DNA of 64,000 bases from Perkinsus chesapeaki ATCC PRA-425. Taxonomy: Eukaryota; Protista; Perkinsozoa. The stretch lies in NCBI GenBank assembly GCA_013115145.1, contig JAAPAO010000008.1, positions 98,045 through 162,044 on the forward strand, written 5' to 3'. The notes beneath the pieces were generated by a model, which was given only the letters and a program-made list of their open reading frames with translations, made no database searches and was not told where the DNA came from. The position numbers and the translations under genes are program-made. Shown here one piece after another: positions 62,319-64,000 of the stretch; within the stretch, counting starts at the first letter, position 1, and every line of letters starts with the position of its first letter.

Positions 62319-63791
62319 ATGAGCGTACCGTCGATACATGCTCCACATGCCACTCATCTGCCGGCCTTAGGCTCTCAGGCTCTACTCGGTCATGATGCGG
62401 AAGTCGACAGCGATGATGATCTTCATGCCTCTACCCACAGCGCTCAGTTGCGTCGGTTGAGTCTACTCAGGAATGCCAACGTCGTTTTCTTCGGAGCCGG
62501 TAATCGTGGCAAACAACATGTGTACGAGCGAGCCGCCGAGCTGGGCGTGAATGTTATAATAGTTGACGAACCCAATTCTTGGGTAGGTGACCTACTCCAA
62601 GCCGGTCTTATTAAACAGTACATCCCTCTCGATATTAACACACATGATCACGACCAGCTTCACAGGGAAGCCGTGATAGCATTAACCGAGCTTAAGAGGA
62701 TCGATGCGATATGCACTATATGGGAGACCTCAGTTTTACCTACAGCTCGCTTGTGCGAGGAGTTTGGTCTTCCAGGACCAACCGTTGCCGCCGTGCAGCT
62801 GGCTCGCGATAAGAAGAAAACGCGCGACACCATCGAGGCATCTGGTCTGCCAGCCACCCGTCACCAGCTAGTTACTTCCGAAACTGATCTGGAAGAGGCT
62901 TCTCGTATAGTTGGTTTTCCGGCGGTTCTAAAGCCGGTAGGCGGAGGGGCCTCGATGGGCGTACACAGAGTGGACAGCTACGATGAACTTGTTCAGACCT
63001 TCATCGACACTTCGGCAACTCTGGCCGAGATGGTGCTTGTTAATGGTATCTTTGAACGCAAAAAGGAAGATCCCAACCACACTGTTGAGTTTGGTTCCTT
63101 TATGTTGGAAGAATATCTCGATGGTGCCGAGGTTGACATCAACATTATCATGAGCAATGGTATCGCTACCTACGTTTGTGTGCATGATAACGGCCCGACA
63201 CTTGAGCCTCATTTTAATGAGACGTGGGATATCTTCCCGAGTACCCTTCCCACTGAGCAAGTGGCTGCTCTCGAGGATCTAGCTGTCAATTCTGTGCTCG
63301 CTATGGGATTCACTATGGGAGTCTTCCACGTAGAGGCCAAGTATACCAGTCGTGGCCCTCGACTTATTGAAGTTAATGCCCGAATGGGTGGCGGCCCACT
63401 TCGTATCCAACAAAAGGTTGCCACTGGAGTCGACCTAGTGGATGAACTTCTCCTTATATCTCTAGGGTTGCCCAGTGCCCCCTTCCTTCTGCCAGTTGAA
63501 GAGCGCAATGCAGTTGTTTGTTTATCGGTGAACGCTCTTAAATCTGGTACCATTTCTGATCTATCGTTTACTAAGCAATGGGACTCCATTGACGGTGTCA
63601 CAGTTCTGTCTAACACACTTCTCATTAAAGAAGGCCAGCATCTGGTTGGTCCCGAGGAGGGCCTTCCAACCTGGCTTGCTGATATTATTTTTCGTATTCC
63701 TTTATCACAAACGGACGACGTCAAAGCGTTGGCTGAACATCTCAATGAAGTTATCACCGAGGAATTTCTAAACCATTACGACAGTCGATAA
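62319..63791 (+). CDS. ATP-grasp ligase (carnosine synthase / L-amino acid ligase-like), intronless
   Basis: 490-aa ORF: ARDKKKTR, FPAVLKPVGGGASMGV, LEEYLDGAE, FHVEAKYTSRGPRLIEVNARMGG. Confidence 0.88.
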   Translation: MSVPSIHAPHATHLPALGSQALLGHDAEVDSDDDLHASTHSAQLRRLSLLRNANVVFFGAGNRGKQHVYERAAELGVNVIIVDEPNSWVGDLLQAGLIKQYIPLDINTHDHDQLHREAVIALTELKRIDAICTIWETSVLPTARLCEEFGLPGPTVAAVQLARDKKKTRDTIEASGLPATRHQLVTSETDLEEASRIVGFPAVLKPVGGGASMGVHRVDSYDELVQTFIDTSATLAEMVLVNGIFERKKEDPNHTVEFGSFMLEEYLDGAEVDINIIMSNGIATYVCVHDNGPTLEPHFNETWDIFPSTLPTEQVAALEDLAVNSVLAMGFTMGVFHVEAKYTSRGPRLIEVNARMGGGPLRIQQKVATGVDLVDELLLISLGLPSAPFLLPVEERNAVVCLSVNALKSGTISDLSFTKQWDSIDGVTVLSNTLLIKEGQHLVGPEEGLPTWLADIIFRIPLSQTDDVKALAEHLNEVITEEFLNHYDSR

Positions 63792-64000
63792 TCGTACTGA
63801 GTATCGGTTCAACACTTGTATTCGGGTTGCAGGATAACACGCTAACACAATGCGTGTACATGATAGCCCTGGTGTAGCTGTCTTTTGAGATCTACTATTC
63901 AATCTGCTCTGTTGGAAGGCTGGTGACTTGTCAGGACTACGAATAAGACCCGACCCAAAGATGTACTGCTAAACCCAAGAACAACCAAGATATAGACACG

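Noticed and set aside
62311-62320. accgtgccat before the ATP-grasp ATG resembles the leader 5' end ACCGTAGCCAT
   Set aside because: Short, needs a deletion, and lacks the 3' half of the leader
62444-63757. antisense ORFs over the ATP-grasp gene
   Set aside because: Shadow frames with no recognisable motifs
1-64000. rRNA, tRNA, intact retrotransposon or DNA transposon
   Set aside because: No RT, integrase or transposase motifs, LTR/TIR pairs or tRNA box patterns recognised by eye; tRNAscan-SE, Infernal and RepeatMasker would be needed to exclude them

Overview
Compact, gene-dense eukaryotic scaffold with many ~45-60 nt GT-AG introns and one ~100-N gap (896-994). The gene style and content suggest an alveolate protist of the Perkinsus type; this is inference and was not verified by search. 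About 20 protein-coding genes can be supported. In order: kinesin, SH3BP5-like protein, RIC1, two tandem ~6.4 kb genes fusing a long multi-membrane-spanning region to a sterol-glucosyltransferase-type GT, a short VMS1/ANKZF1, Pol alpha B subunit, DAD1, a multi-KH protein, two coiled-coil proteins, an MCM paralogue with degenerate ATPase motifs, two intronless amino-acid transporters, importin beta, a USP with a C-terminal SEC-C motif, a MYND-finger region, a CAX antiporter, a histidine phosphatase, VAP and an intronless ATP-grasp ligase. No rRNA, tRNA, CRISPR array or intact transposon was recognised. The best leads are: (1) the membrane-domain/glycosyltransferase tandem pair, with a CxxC..CxxC insertion and patchwork homogenisation; (2) the apparently ATPase-dead MCM; (3) a recurrent intergenic TGCACGCATGC motif; (4) the USP-SEC-C fusion. 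Boundaries of spliced genes are by-eye estimates.
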